Assembly: GCA_964428805.1 (NCBI GenBank)
Contig: CAYRZF010000002.1
Span: forward strand, 1 to 63,610
DNA length: 63,610 nucleotides
Source of the DNA: an uncultured bacterium
GTDB taxonomy: Bacteria; Methylomirabilota; Methylomirabilia; Rokubacteriales; CSP1-6
Direction of reading: 5' to 3'
In this document: one piece after another, positions 7,040-16,042 of the stretch
Position numbering within the stretch: the stretch's first letter is position 1
Layout: each line of letters opens with the position of its first letter
Made by a program: the position numbers and the translations under genes
Notes under the pieces: generated by a model
The model's input: the letters and a program-made list of their open reading frames with translations, nothing else
What the model was told of the DNA's origin: nothing
The model's database searches: none

Positions 7040-9283
7040 TCATGAGCCCGCGCCGCGCGCGATCAGGTGGCGGGCGAGGTCGAGTCGCTCGCGCTCGTTT
7101 CCGTCGAGTGCCAGCATGAGGCGGGGCGCGTCGCGGTAGTACCTCTCGACGGGGAACTCCGTCGTATAGCCGTAACCGCCATGGATGCGCATGGCCTCGA
7201 GCGCGACCTCGTAGGCCGCCTCGGTGGCATGGAGCTTCGCCATGCCGATTGGGATAACATCGCGGCGGTCGGTATGAGCGCCCTCGACGGCTCGGTGTGT
7301 GAGCAACCTCGCGGCCGTGATCCTCGTCGCCATGTCGGCGAGCTTGAGTTGAATGGCCTGGTGCTGGCAGATCGGTTTGCCGAAGGCCGAGCGTTGCTGG
7401 GAGTAGCGGAGCGCCGCTTCAAAGGCTGCCTGGGCCAGGCCCACGGCGGCGGCGGCGATGCCCTGGCGGGCGGTGGCGAGCAGGGCCTGCTCGGCGCCGC
7501 GCCCCCTGTCGCCCCCGATGAGTGACGCCGCCGAAACCCGGACGCCATTGAGACGGAGGTCGCGGATACCGAGTCCCCGCGCGCCGAGCGTCTCGAGCGG
7601 TGGGCCGAGCGTAAGACCTTTGGCGCCGCGCTCGACCAGGAAGCATCCGGAGCGCCGCCTGTCGATGCGGCCGAGTACGATGAACAGCGCGCCGTGTGAA
7701 GCGTTCTCCACCACCCGAATCGTTCCTGTGAGGATCCAAGCGCCCCGCGCGCGCCGCGCGGTCACGGCGTTGCTCAAGGCCACACAGCCCATGCGGTCGC
7801 CTCGCGCCATTAGGGGAAGCAGCCGTTTGCGCTGCCTCGCCGTGCCGAATCGGGCGATGGCGCGCGCAAGGGCCAAGTGCGAAGTCACGATTCCCGCTAT
7901 GGTCGTCCAACCGCGCGCCAGCTCTTCGAGGATCATGGAGCAGGTCCTGAGATCGAGGCCCAGGCCCCCGTACTCCGGCGGGACAATCGCCCCGAGGATC
8001 CCCAGCTCGCCCAGCCGCTCGACGATTTCCTGGGGATACCGGCTCGAGTTCTCCTGGTCCTGGACGACGGGAATGACGTGCTTCTCGACGAACTGGCGCA
8101 CGGCGAGCACCATCTGCTTGCGCTCCTCGGGCTGGCCCTCGGGGAAGGTGAGGGCACCGGGCTGCTTGCCGTAACGCTCGAGGAGCTGTCGAGCGATGAG
8201 TAGGCGCTGAATCTCGTTGGTCCCCTCGCCGATGATCATGAGCGGCGTATCGCGGTAGTGGCGCTCGACGGTGAGGGTCTTGAGGGTCCCGGCCTCGCCG
8301 TGGATGCGCATCGCATCCACGGCGATCTCCTGCGCCGCCTCCGACGCATAGAGCTTGGCCATGCCGGCCTCGAGATCGCAACGCGCGCCACGGTCCTTCA
8401 TGGCGGCGGCCCAGTAGGTGAGGAGCCGCGCGGCTGTGAGTCGCGTGGCCATCTCGGCGATCGCGGGCGGCGGTGCGCGGCGGCCTTGCCGCCGGGCGCG
8501 GACCTGTCCCATTGCGTTCTCGAAGGCGGCCTGGGCCACGCCGACGGCGCGCGCCGCGATGTTGATGCGGCCCATCTCCAGGCCGGACATCACGTGCTTG
8601 AACCCCCGCCCCTCCACGCCGCCCACGAGGTTCTGGACGGGGACGGGGAAGTCCTCGAACACCAGCTCGGCCGTATCCACGCCTTTGTAGCCGAGCTTGG
8701 AGATCGACTTGACGACCTGGAGGCCCGGGTGTCCCTTTTCGATGATGAAGCACGACATCCCCCTGTGGGGCGGGTCCGCGGTTGGGTCGGTGCGGGCCAG
8801 GAGGGCGAAGGTGTTGCCCTCGCGGCCGTTGGTGACGAACATCTTGGTTCCCGTGATGAGGTAGGTGTCGCCGTGGCGTCGCGCAACGGTCCTGATCGCC
8901 TGGACGTCCGAGCCCGCGTGCGGCTCAGTCAAGCAGAGCCCGCCCCGCGCATCGCCCCGGGCAAAGGGCGGGAGGAACCGCCGGCGCTGCTCCTCCGTGC
9001 CGTGATTCAAGACGATCAGCGCCGCCATCGTGTGGCTGTTGATCACCCCCGTCAGGGACATCCAGCCCCGGCCGAGCTCCTCGACGACCCTGGCGTACGT
9101 GGTCGTGTCGAGGCCAAGCCCGCCGTACGCCCCGGGGATGAGCGCGCCGAACAGCCCGAGCTGTCTCATCCGCGCGACGAGGTCGTGAGGGTAGAGGTCG
9201 TCGTGCTCGAGAGCGGCGGCCACCGGCTTGACTTCCTTCTCGACGAACCGGCGGATGGAAGCGACGACTTGATGTTGGTCCAT
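7040..9283 (-). CDS. tandem (two-module) acyl-CoA dehydrogenase fusion protein
   Basis: 747 aa made of two full ACAD-like halves joined near residue 380. Half 1 keeps CLTEPHAGSD and IIGEGTNEIQ. Half 2 has CVALSNAVTARR and LALDGNERERL at the same positions. Confidence 0.85.
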   Translation of the reverse strand: MDQHQVVASIRRFVEKEVKPVAAALEHDDLYPHDLVARMRQLGLFGALIPGAYGGLGLDTTTYARVVEELGRGWMSLTGVINSHTMAALIVLNHGTEEQRRRFLPPFARGDARGGLCLTEPHAGSDVQAIRTVARRHGDTYLITGTKMFVTNGREGNTFALLARTDPTADPPHRGMSCFIIEKGHPGLQVVKSISKLGYKGVDTAELVFEDFPVPVQNLVGGVEGRGFKHVMSGLEMGRINIAARAVGVAQAAFENAMGQVRARRQGRRAPPPAIAEMATRLTAARLLTYWAAAMKDRGARCDLEAGMAKLYASEAAQEIAVDAMRIHGEAGTLKTLTVERHYRDTPLMIIGEGTNEIQRLLIARQLLERYGKQPGALTFPEGQPEERKQMVLAVRQFVEKHVIPVVQDQENSSRYPQEIVERLGELGILGAIVPPEYGGLGLDLRTCSMILEELARGWTTIAGIVTSHLALARAIARFGTARQRKRLLPLMARGDRMGCVALSNAVTARRARGAWILTGTIRVVENASHGALFIVLGRIDRRRSGCFLVERGAKGLTLGPPLETLGARGLGIRDLRLNGVRVSAASLIGGDRGRGAEQALLATARQGIAAAAVGLAQAAFEAALRYSQQRSAFGKPICQHQAIQLKLADMATRITAARLLTHRAVEGAHTDRRDVIPIGMAKLHATEAAYEVALEAMRIHGGYGYTTEFPVERYYRDAPRLMLALDGNERERLDLARHLIARGAGS

Positions 9284-9356
9284 CAGCGCTTCGGCGAGGC
9301 CAGCCTAGCAAAGCGGTGGGAACTGCGCAAGGTAAAATGGGTGCTCGGAGACCCTC

Positions 9357-9812
9357 ATGTCACTCGATGACCTGAACCTCTGGCTCCAGCGTGGAGCGGA
9401 CCGGGGCTCCCCCGGGGCCGCGCTGGAGCTCTCCGGGCACCCCGGGGTGGGGTTTATTCTTGCACGGTCCGCGGGTGGCCCGATATGCTTCTATCGAGGC
9501 CGGAGCCTTACCCTCGGCGAGGCCTGCTCAAACGGTCCCTTCGCTGATCGTGAGGATCGCGCCGTTGTAGAGGGGGGACTGACGGATCTCATGCGGATGC
9601 CGAGCGCGGGAGACCTGGTGATCTACGGCATCGGCGCGGCTGCGGGACACGTCTCGTATCTGCCCGAGATGGGGGCCCCCGCCGGGCCGTCCCCCGAGGA
9701 GCTTCACACCTTCGTTCTTCATCCACCGACCGTCTCGCTTCCGTCGTCCCGGCTGACTCGTCCCTCCCAGCTTTACTCCCATTTCATGGCGTACCGGGAG
9801 GAGCGCCGGTGA
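9357..9812 (+). CDS. hypothetical protein
   Basis: 151-aa ORF with normal amino-acid composition. It overlaps the downstream EEP gene by 4 nt (ATGA-type coupling). No family recognised with confidence. Confidence 0.45.
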   Translation: MSLDDLNLWLQRGADRGSPGAALELSGHPGVGFILARSAGGPICFYRGRSLTLGEACSNGPFADREDRAVVEGGLTDLMRMPSAGDLVIYGIGAAAGHVSYLPEMGAPAGPSPEELHTFVLHPPTVSLPSSRLTRPSQLYSHFMAYREERR

Positions 9813-10498
9813 GGCCGCTGACCGTCGTCTCGTACAACATTCACCGCGGCCGCGGGCTGGACCGCAGGGTGAATCTGGACCGGATCGTTGAGGTGCTGAG
9901 GGAAACCGAACCGGACGTGGTGGGGCTCCAGGAGGTGTTCGGTTCCCAGGCGGGGCGCGTTGGCCGCGAGCTCGGGATGGAGGTCGTGATGGGCCCGACG
10001 CGCTCGGGGCCGTCGGGTCACTTCGGGAACGCGGTGCTCACCCGGCTCGCGGTCAGAAGTCATCACCGCTTCGATCTCTCGAGCCTGGGACGCGAGCCGC
10101 GGGGCGGGCTCCGGGTTGACCTCGAGGCTGGCCGGACCGTGCTCCATCTCTTCAACGTCCACTTTGGCCTCGCATTCGGGGAGCGACGGGAGCAGGTGGA
10201 GCTCCTGCTCTGCCGGGAGATCCTCCGCGCTCCCGGACTCCCAGGACCTCGAATCCTGGTGGGGGACTTCAACGAGTGGCTGCCCGGGCCGGTGGTGCGC
10301 CAGCTCCGGCGCGAGTTCTGCGTCGGGCGTCGTCGCGCCCGGCGCACCCATCCCGCGCCGTTTCCGCTTTTCCCCCTGGATCAGATTTTCTGGGACGCGG
10401 GACTGGTGGGAGAACCGCTCCACGTCCATCGAAGCCGTCTCGCCCGCGTCGCCTCGGACCACCTGCCGGTCGTCGCCCGCCTGCGCCTCCCGGGCTGA
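9809..10498 (+). CDS. endonuclease/exonuclease/phosphatase (EEP) family protein
   Basis: 229 aa: VVSYNIHRGRG, PDVVGLQEV, LVGDFNEW, SDHLPVVARL. Confidence 0.85.
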   Translation: MRPLTVVSYNIHRGRGLDRRVNLDRIVEVLRETEPDVVGLQEVFGSQAGRVGRELGMEVVMGPTRSGPSGHFGNAVLTRLAVRSHHRFDLSSLGREPRGGLRVDLEAGRTVLHLFNVHFGLAFGERREQVELLLCREILRAPGLPGPRILVGDFNEWLPGPVVRQLRREFCVGRRRARRTHPAPFPLFPLDQIFWDAGLVGEPLHVHRSRLARVASDHLPVVARLRLPG

Positions 10499-10542
10499 CC
10501 CGCGCGTCGCCTCCCGGGATTCTCCCTTCGGGGCGCCCGCCC

Positions 10543-11472
10543 CTATCGCCGTCGCCGGCGGGTCGGTGGCGCGACGACGCGACTGACCGCGGCCCTGAGC
10601 GCCTGGAGCAGGGCCCGCGCCTCCGCGCTCAGCGGACGCTGGCGCGGATGGATGACGTCGAGGCTGCGGCTCAACGGCTCGGCATCCAGGATATCGATCG
10701 CCACGAGCGTCCGGCGGCGGATCTCGCGGCTGACGGCCAGGTGAGGGAGGAAGGCGAGCCCCATCCCGCGCTCCACCATCCGCTTCGCGGTCTCGATGGT
10801 CTCCACCTCGAGCACGACGTTGGGGACGAGGCCGGCGCGGCGGAACAGCCCGTGGCTCAGCGTCCAATCACTGGACCCCCGATCGAAAAAGATCAGCGGC
10901 TGGTCCGCTACTTGCTCCAACCGTACCCGGCGCGCCCCCTTCGGCCAGGTGGCTCCCCGGCCGACCAGAATGAGGGGGTCATCTCGCAGGCTCACCGTCT
11001 CAACCGCGGGGTGCTGGAGCGACCGAGCCAGCCCGATCTCGGCCTCGCCGCGCAGGACCATCTCCAGGACCTCCTTGGAGTGGCCCGAGCGAACGGTGAT
11101 CATCACCTTGGGGTGGGCGGCCTGGAACCGCTTGAGCACGTCCGGCAGGAGGTACGTACAGATGGACAGGGCGGCGGCAATCTGGAGCGCCCCGCCGCTG
11201 GCGGGGCGGAGGTTGTGAACCGCCTGCCGGGCCAGCGCGACGGCCCGGAGGAGCTGCTCCGCGTGGGGTCTGAGGGCCCGGCCGGCGGCGGAGAGGGCCA
11301 GGTTTCCCCGCCCCCGCTCGAAGAGGGACACGCCGAGGGAATCCTCCAGCACCTTGATCCGGGCGCTCACGGCGGGCTGAGTCACCCGCAACGCTTCGGC
11401 CGCTCGGCGGAAGCCGCCGAACGTGCCCACCGCCAGGAAGGCCTCGACCTGGCCGATTTCCACGGTCCGCAT
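10543..11472 (-). CDS. LysR family transcriptional regulator
   Basis: 309 aa. N-terminal wHTH (FLAVGTFGGFRRAAEALRVTQPAVSARIKVLEDSLG) plus a LysR substrate-binding domain. Divergent from the isocitrate-lyase-family gene. Confidence 0.9.
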   Translation of the reverse strand: MRTVEIGQVEAFLAVGTFGGFRRAAEALRVTQPAVSARIKVLEDSLGVSLFERGRGNLALSAAGRALRPHAEQLLRAVALARQAVHNLRPASGGALQIAAALSICTYLLPDVLKRFQAAHPKVMITVRSGHSKEVLEMVLRGEAEIGLARSLQHPAVETVSLRDDPLILVGRGATWPKGARRVRLEQVADQPLIFFDRGSSDWTLSHGLFRRAGLVPNVVLEVETIETAKRMVERGMGLAFLPHLAVSREIRRRTLVAIDILDAEPLSRSLDVIHPRQRPLSAEARALLQALRAAVSRVVAPPTRRRRR

Positions 11473-11497
11473 TGTATCACGGTCTGATCACAATTCT

Positions 11498-11512
11498 TTA
11501 TCACTCCTATAA
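11498..11512. promoter_or_regulatory. candidate LysR-type operator (T-N11-A-like inverted repeat)
   Basis: TTATCACTCCTATAA (TTAT-N7-ATAA) lies in the divergent intergenic region, just upstream of the predicted -35. Confidence 0.3.
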
Positions 11513-11523
11513 GAACAATAAGG

Positions 11524-11552
11524 TTGACCCCATCTTGCCCTGCCCGTAGATT
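11524..11552 (+). promoter_or_regulatory. sigma70-like promoter for the isocitrate-lyase-family gene
   Basis: TTGACC (11524-11529), 17-nt spacer, TAGATT (11547-11552). AAGGAGA Shine-Dalgarno lies 7 nt before TTG 11612. Confidence 0.4.
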
Positions 11553-11611
11553 GAGGTTCACGCGAGGAAGGGGGCGTTAGCCCCCCTGCGAGTTATAAAG
11601 GAGACGAAACC

Positions 11612-12586
11612 TTGGAAAACATGGGGAGAAAGTTTCGGCAACTCTTGAAGGATGAGGACTACCTGTTCACGGGCGGCGTCTATACGCCGCTCGACGCGCA
11701 GATCGCCGAGCGGGTAGGAATGAAATCCATCTACATGAGCGGGTATTCGGTGGCGATGGCGAACGGGTGGCCGGACATGGGCTTGCTCACCATGACGGAG
11801 GTCGCGCGCACCGCCTCGATGATCGCGAGCGCGGTGAACATCCCGATCATTGCGGACGCGGATGACGGCTACGGCAATGCGCTGAGCACTATGCGCACGG
11901 TGCAGGAGTTCATCAAGACCGGCGTCGCCGGTCTCCACCTCGAGGATCAGCGGTTCCCCAAGCGGTGCGGTCACATCGCCGGCAAGACGATCGTCAGCCG
12001 GGAGGAGGCGCTGGGAAAGTACCGCGCCGCGGTGGACGTGCGTAACCGTCTTGATCCGGACTTCGTCCTGGTCGCTCGAACGGACGCCTACGGCGCCGTG
12101 GGGGGGAGCCTCGAAGAGGCGATCTGGCGGGGCCGGGCCTATGCGGACGCCGGGGTGGACCTGGTCTGGTGTGAGCTTTCCGATGCCTCCCGGGAGCCCG
12201 CGATCGCCTTTGCCAAGGCCATGCGTGAGACGCATCCAAAGCTCCCGCTGGCGTTCAACTACTCGTCCTCCTTCAAGTGGAGCTCGGATCCAAACCCCTT
12301 TTTGTTCCGCGAACTCGGCGACCTCGGCTACAAGTTCATCTTCATCACGCTGTATTCTGCCCACGCCGCCATGTACGCCGTCTGGAACGCCATGGAGGAC
12401 CTGGTCAAGAACCAGGAGCAGGCCCAGTGGACGCTGGAGAAGGTCAAGGCCGGACATCCAACGGAGAGCCATCACGTGATGGCGCGCGTCGAGCATTTCA
12501 AGGAGCTCGAGAAGCGCTACGTCCCCGGGGCCGAGGACCGCTACCGGTCGTCCGACGGCTTTGGACAGGAGAAGAAGCGGCACTGA
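11612..12586 (+). CDS. isocitrate lyase / PEP mutase family protein (2-methylisocitrate lyase or oxaloacetate decarboxylase-like)
   Basis: 324 aa: IIADADDGYGN, GLHLEDQRFPKRCGHIAGK (K(R/K)CGH signature), LVARTDA. Confidence 0.85.
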   Translation: MENMGRKFRQLLKDEDYLFTGGVYTPLDAQIAERVGMKSIYMSGYSVAMANGWPDMGLLTMTEVARTASMIASAVNIPIIADADDGYGNALSTMRTVQEFIKTGVAGLHLEDQRFPKRCGHIAGKTIVSREEALGKYRAAVDVRNRLDPDFVLVARTDAYGAVGGSLEEAIWRGRAYADAGVDLVWCELSDASREPAIAFAKAMRETHPKLPLAFNYSSSFKWSSDPNPFLFRELGDLGYKFIFITLYSAHAAMYAVWNAMEDLVKNQEQAQWTLEKVKAGHPTESHHVMARVEHFKELEKRYVPGAEDRYRSSDGFGQEKKRH

Positions 12587-12624
12587 CGGCGGGCTTTCCC
12601 GCGCGCGTGGTACAATGCGACGGG

Positions 12625-13155
12625 ATGAGCCCGGACGAGCACTCTTCCCGTCATCTGGCCCCCTCGACCATCCGGTTCTGTCCGCTCTGCCGGGGCGACC
12701 TCGTCAGGATCCCGGTCCCGCCGGACCAGAAGGAGGAGGCGGTTTGCTCGGCGTGCGGGTTTGTCTTCTACCTCAATCCGAAGCTGGTGGCGGGAACGAT
12801 TCCGTTCGAGGACGGGCGGATTCTCCTCGTCCGCCGGAACATTAACCCCTCGAAGGGGAAATGGACGTTCCCAGGCGGGTTCGTGGACTGGGGAGAAACC
12901 GTCACGGGTGCCGCGCTGCGGGAGACGCAGGAGGAGACCGGCCTTCGCGTGGACCTGGATGGGCTGGTCGGCGTCTATTCGTATCCTGACGCTCCCATCG
13001 TGATCGTGGTGTATCGAGCGCGCGTGGCCGGCGGCACGCTTGGACTGAGCGACGAGATCCAGGAGCTCGCCTGGCTCACCCCCGGGCAGATCCCCTGGGA
13101 CGAGCTGGCGTTTCCCTCGACTCGGGAGGCCCTGCGCGACTTTCTCTCCCGCTAG
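12625..13155 (+). CDS. NUDIX hydrolase with N-terminal zinc ribbon
   Basis: Track ORF trimmed to ATG 12625. CPLC..17..CSAC ribbon, then the Nudix box GKWTFPGGFVDWGETVTGAALRETQEETG. Confidence 0.85.
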   Translation: MSPDEHSSRHLAPSTIRFCPLCRGDLVRIPVPPDQKEEAVCSACGFVFYLNPKLVAGTIPFEDGRILLVRRNINPSKGKWTFPGGFVDWGETVTGAALRETQEETGLRVDLDGLVGVYSYPDAPIVIVVYRARVAGGTLGLSDEIQELAWLTPGQIPWDELAFPSTREALRDFLSR

Positions 13156-13547
13156 CGTTTCCCCTTCCCCATCGCGCGGGCCAGGAATTTCTCCAGGTTC
13201 TGGACCACAAAGCGCTCGTGCTTCCCTTCCGCGATCTTTTCGATCTCGTCGTGGGCCTCCACCTGGAAGAGGAAGCGGCGCCCGTCCGTCTCGAGGAGCG
13301 TCGCCTTCGCCCTGACCTTCATCCCCACGGGCGTGGCGGCGAGGTGACGCATCTCGACGACGGTACCCACGGTGGAGGCGCCACCGGGCAGGTGCGGCTG
13401 GATGACCGCGTTGGACACTTCTTCCAGGAGGCCGATGAGATGAGGGGTGGAGAATACCATGACGCCTGGATTGCCGATTCTGTCGGCGGTGCGGTCGGCG
13501 GTGACGGTGATCTCTACCTCTGCGGTGGCTCCGGGGCGGACGTCCAT
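13152..13547 (-). CDS. hotdog-fold thioesterase (FlK-like family)
   Basis: 131 aa: VFSTPHLIGLLEEVS, GASTVGTVVEMRHLAATPVG, FQVEAHDEIEKIAEGKHERFVV. Confidence 0.75.
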   Translation of the reverse strand: MDVRPGATAEVEITVTADRTADRIGNPGVMVFSTPHLIGLLEEVSNAVIQPHLPGGASTVGTVVEMRHLAATPVGMKVRAKATLLETDGRRFLFQVEAHDEIEKIAEGKHERFVVQNLEKFLARAMGKGKR

Positions 13548-13561
13548 GCTTGATTCTCCTT

Positions 13562-14542
13562 TCAGGTGTCGAGGACCCGCTCGAGCGGCTCCTCGCCGCC
13601 CATGACCCGGGCGATGTTCCCCAGCGCGAAACGCAGCTTCGTCCTGAACGCGTCAAGGGTGCCGGCGGCGATGTGAGGGGTGAGGATGACGTTATCCAGG
13701 GTCGTCAGAGGGTCCCCGGCCGGCAGCGGCTCGGGGGAAAAGACGTCGAGCCCCGCGGCCATGATGCGGCGGTCCTTGAGGGCTTCATAGACGGCGGGCT
13801 GGTCGATCACCCCACCGCGCGACACGTTGATCAGCACGGCGCTCGGTTTCATCTGCGCCAGCTCCGGCCGGCCGATCAGGTGTCGGGTTTCCTCTGTGAG
13901 CGGCACGTGGAGAGAGACGATGTCGGCCTCGCGCAGGACGATCTCTTTGCTCACCAACGTGACCCCGAACTCTGCCCTCTCCCGGTCGGAGAGCGTGATG
14001 TAGGGGTCATTGGCGATCAGCCTGACGCCAAACCCCCTGAGCCGTTTTGCCACGGCGCGCCCGGTCCGGCCAAAGCCGATGAGGCCCACGGTCTTGCCGT
14101 AGAGGTCCCGGGTTGACATCCTGAGCTCCCACCTGAGCCATTTTCCGACTACCATCGCGTCGTGAGCGGCAACGAGCCGCTTGAGCGCGGCCAGCATCAG
14201 GAGCACCGTGTGCTCCCCGACGGCTTCATCCGTCCCTGCGGGGCAGAGGGCCAGGGGGACTCCGGCTTTGGCGAGTGCCTTCACGTCGATCCGCTCATAG
14301 CCGACCCCCTGGTGCTGTACCATCTTCAGTTTCGCCGCCTGCTGGATCATCTCCGCCGTGAGGGCCGCATCAGCGATCAGGATCGCGTCAGCCCGGGGGA
14401 GCTTCTCCCGGACCTCTTCAGAGCGTCCGGAGTCGAGGAAGAGCAGTTGAAGTCCCGGCGGGGCTTCCTCCCGCATGACCTCGTAGAGGTCGGCAGTGGC
14501 GCAGTTGAGGTAGAGAACCATCCAGCCTATGCGGTCTTTCAT
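13562..14542 (-). CDS. D-isomer-specific 2-hydroxyacid dehydrogenase (NAD-binding)
   Basis: 326 aa: GKTVGLIGFGRTGRAVAKRL Rossmann motif, INVSRGGVID, TPHIAAGT. Confidence 0.9.
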   Translation of the reverse strand: MKDRIGWMVLYLNCATADLYEVMREEAPPGLQLLFLDSGRSEEVREKLPRADAILIADAALTAEMIQQAAKLKMVQHQGVGYERIDVKALAKAGVPLALCPAGTDEAVGEHTVLLMLAALKRLVAAHDAMVVGKWLRWELRMSTRDLYGKTVGLIGFGRTGRAVAKRLRGFGVRLIANDPYITLSDRERAEFGVTLVSKEIVLREADIVSLHVPLTEETRHLIGRPELAQMKPSAVLINVSRGGVIDQPAVYEALKDRRIMAAGLDVFSPEPLPAGDPLTTLDNVILTPHIAAGTLDAFRTKLRFALGNIARVMGGEEPLERVLDT

Positions 14543-14654
14543 CGTCTATCGGCGGCGGGAAGTCAAGGCCTTTCCGGCTCGGCAGATCGGGGGTTGCCTG
14601 CGCTGGTTGTCGTTGCGCGTCCCGGACGCAATCGGAGGACCGTGAGTCGCCTCG

Positions 14655-16033
14655 CTAGCCGCGCGCGGCGATCGCGGGCGGGATCTCTCTAGCCCAGGGC
14701 GCCGCAGCCTCGAAGGCGGCCGCGGCCCGAAGCACCGCCGCTTCCTGGCGTCGCCGTCCCACGATCTGGAGCCCGACCGGGAATCCGCTCCGCGTGAAGC
14801 CGCACGGCACCGAGATCGCCGGCAGGCCGGTCAGTGTGATGCCGTACGTGAGGAAGAACCACTGGGTGTAATTCTCAAGCGGCTTGCCGTTGATCTCCGT
14901 CGGGTAGGGTTGTTCCACGGGGAAGGGTGGCACGGCCACAGAACCGTGCGGAGCTTTTCGCCCCGGCCGATCGCTTCCGGGGTGAGCCTCAGCCCCTGTT
15001 CGATGTTCCAGACCAATCCCGGCTGCATCTGGTCCTTCCACCGGGCGAGCTTGTCCGCGTGGAGCGCCACCATGGCGAGGCCGCGAGTGGCCAGCACGAT
15101 CTCGTTGACCTCGCCGAAGTCTGGGCAAGCGGTCTTCACCGTGGCGCCCAGCGACCGGAAGACCCGTGTCGCACCCTCGGCGACGCGCGCCACTTCCGCG
15201 TCCACCGGGATGAGGCCGTTCAAATCGGGGGTCCAGGCCACGCGCCAGCCCTTGACGGAGGGGGCCTTCACCGCCTTCAGGAACTCGCGTGTATCCACGG
15301 CGTAGGAGAGTGGCGTCCGGTCATCCGGCCCGGCCATCACGGAGAGCATCAGCGCCGTGTCGGCGACGGTTCGCGCCATGGGCCCGGTCACGGAAAGTGA
15401 ATCCCAGGCCAGTTCTCTCGGATAGACGGGGACGAGCCCGGGGGTAGTGCGAAAGCCCACGACGCCGCAGAAGGCCGCCGGGATCCGCAACGAGCCGCCG
15501 AGGTCTGAGCCCTGTGCGAGCGGTCCCATCCCCGTCGCCACCGCGACGGCGGCCCCGCCGCTCGAACCGCCGCAGGTGAGGGCGGGATTCCAGGGATTGC
15601 GCGTCGCCCCGAACACCGCGTTGAAGGTGTTGCCGCCCGCCCCGAACTCGGGCGTGTTGGTTTTCCCCACCACGATCGCCCCGGCCGCCTTGAGGCGCTG
15701 GACCACGAGGGCATCCTCGTCCGGAACATGGTGCTCGTAAATCCTGGAGCCCCAGGTGGTGCGAATGCCTTTGGTCGGGGTCAGGTCCTTGATCGACACC
15801 GGGACCCCGTGAAGCGGGGGTAAAGCGGCGCCCTTCTTGAGGGCGGATGTGGCGGCCCGGGCTGCTCGGAGGGCGGACTCGCGCGCGACAGTGACGTAGG
15901 CGTTGAGCCGCGGATTGGCGGCGTCGATCCGCGCGAGCGCGGCGTGCATCACCTCGAGGGGCGAGGTCTTGCGGGTGCGGAACAGCCGGACCAAGTCGGT
16001 CGCGGGCGTGAAGCACAGCTCTGGGGCGTTCAT
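14655..16033 (-). pseudogene. amidase-signature family amidase, disrupted by a frameshift with an apparent internal deletion
   Basis: The N-part (16033 down to about 14945) carries GGSSGGAAVAVATG and GSDLGGSLRIPAAFCG and ends ..EAIGRGEKLRTV. The conserved C-part (VAVPPFPVEQPYPTEINGKP..GLPAISVPCGF..GLQIVG) continues in another frame. About 15-20 residues usually found between them seem to be missing. Confidence 0.6.
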
Positions 16034-16042
16034 GACAGGACC

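Noticed and set aside
7419-8753. 444-aa alternative-frame ORF inside the ACAD fusion gene.
   Set aside because: It is extremely Arg/Pro/Gly-rich, whereas the 747-aa frame carries ACAD motifs throughout. I also asked whether the odd QVRARRQGRRAPPP segment of module 1 reflects compensating frameshifts. An alternative frame reads RSAPGGKAAAH, which is only vaguely family-like, so I kept the single frame and flagged the region for a read-level check.
9357-9812. Possibility that the 151-aa ORF is a C-terminal remnant of an alkaline-phosphatase/phosphodiesterase-family protein.
   Set aside because: The idea rests on a loose resemblance of GDLVIYG...GAPAGPSPEELHTFV to the family C-terminus. The metal-ligand His-Gly-Gly is not present, and I cannot run a profile search. 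The ORF is left as hypothetical.
13152-13155. Convergent NUDIX and thioesterase genes share overlapping stop codons within the palindrome CTAG. Similarly, the TPR and Grx-like genes end only 2 nt apart at 44174/44177.
   Set aside because: This is a real feature of the sequence, but it is a compaction curiosity rather than a functional signal.
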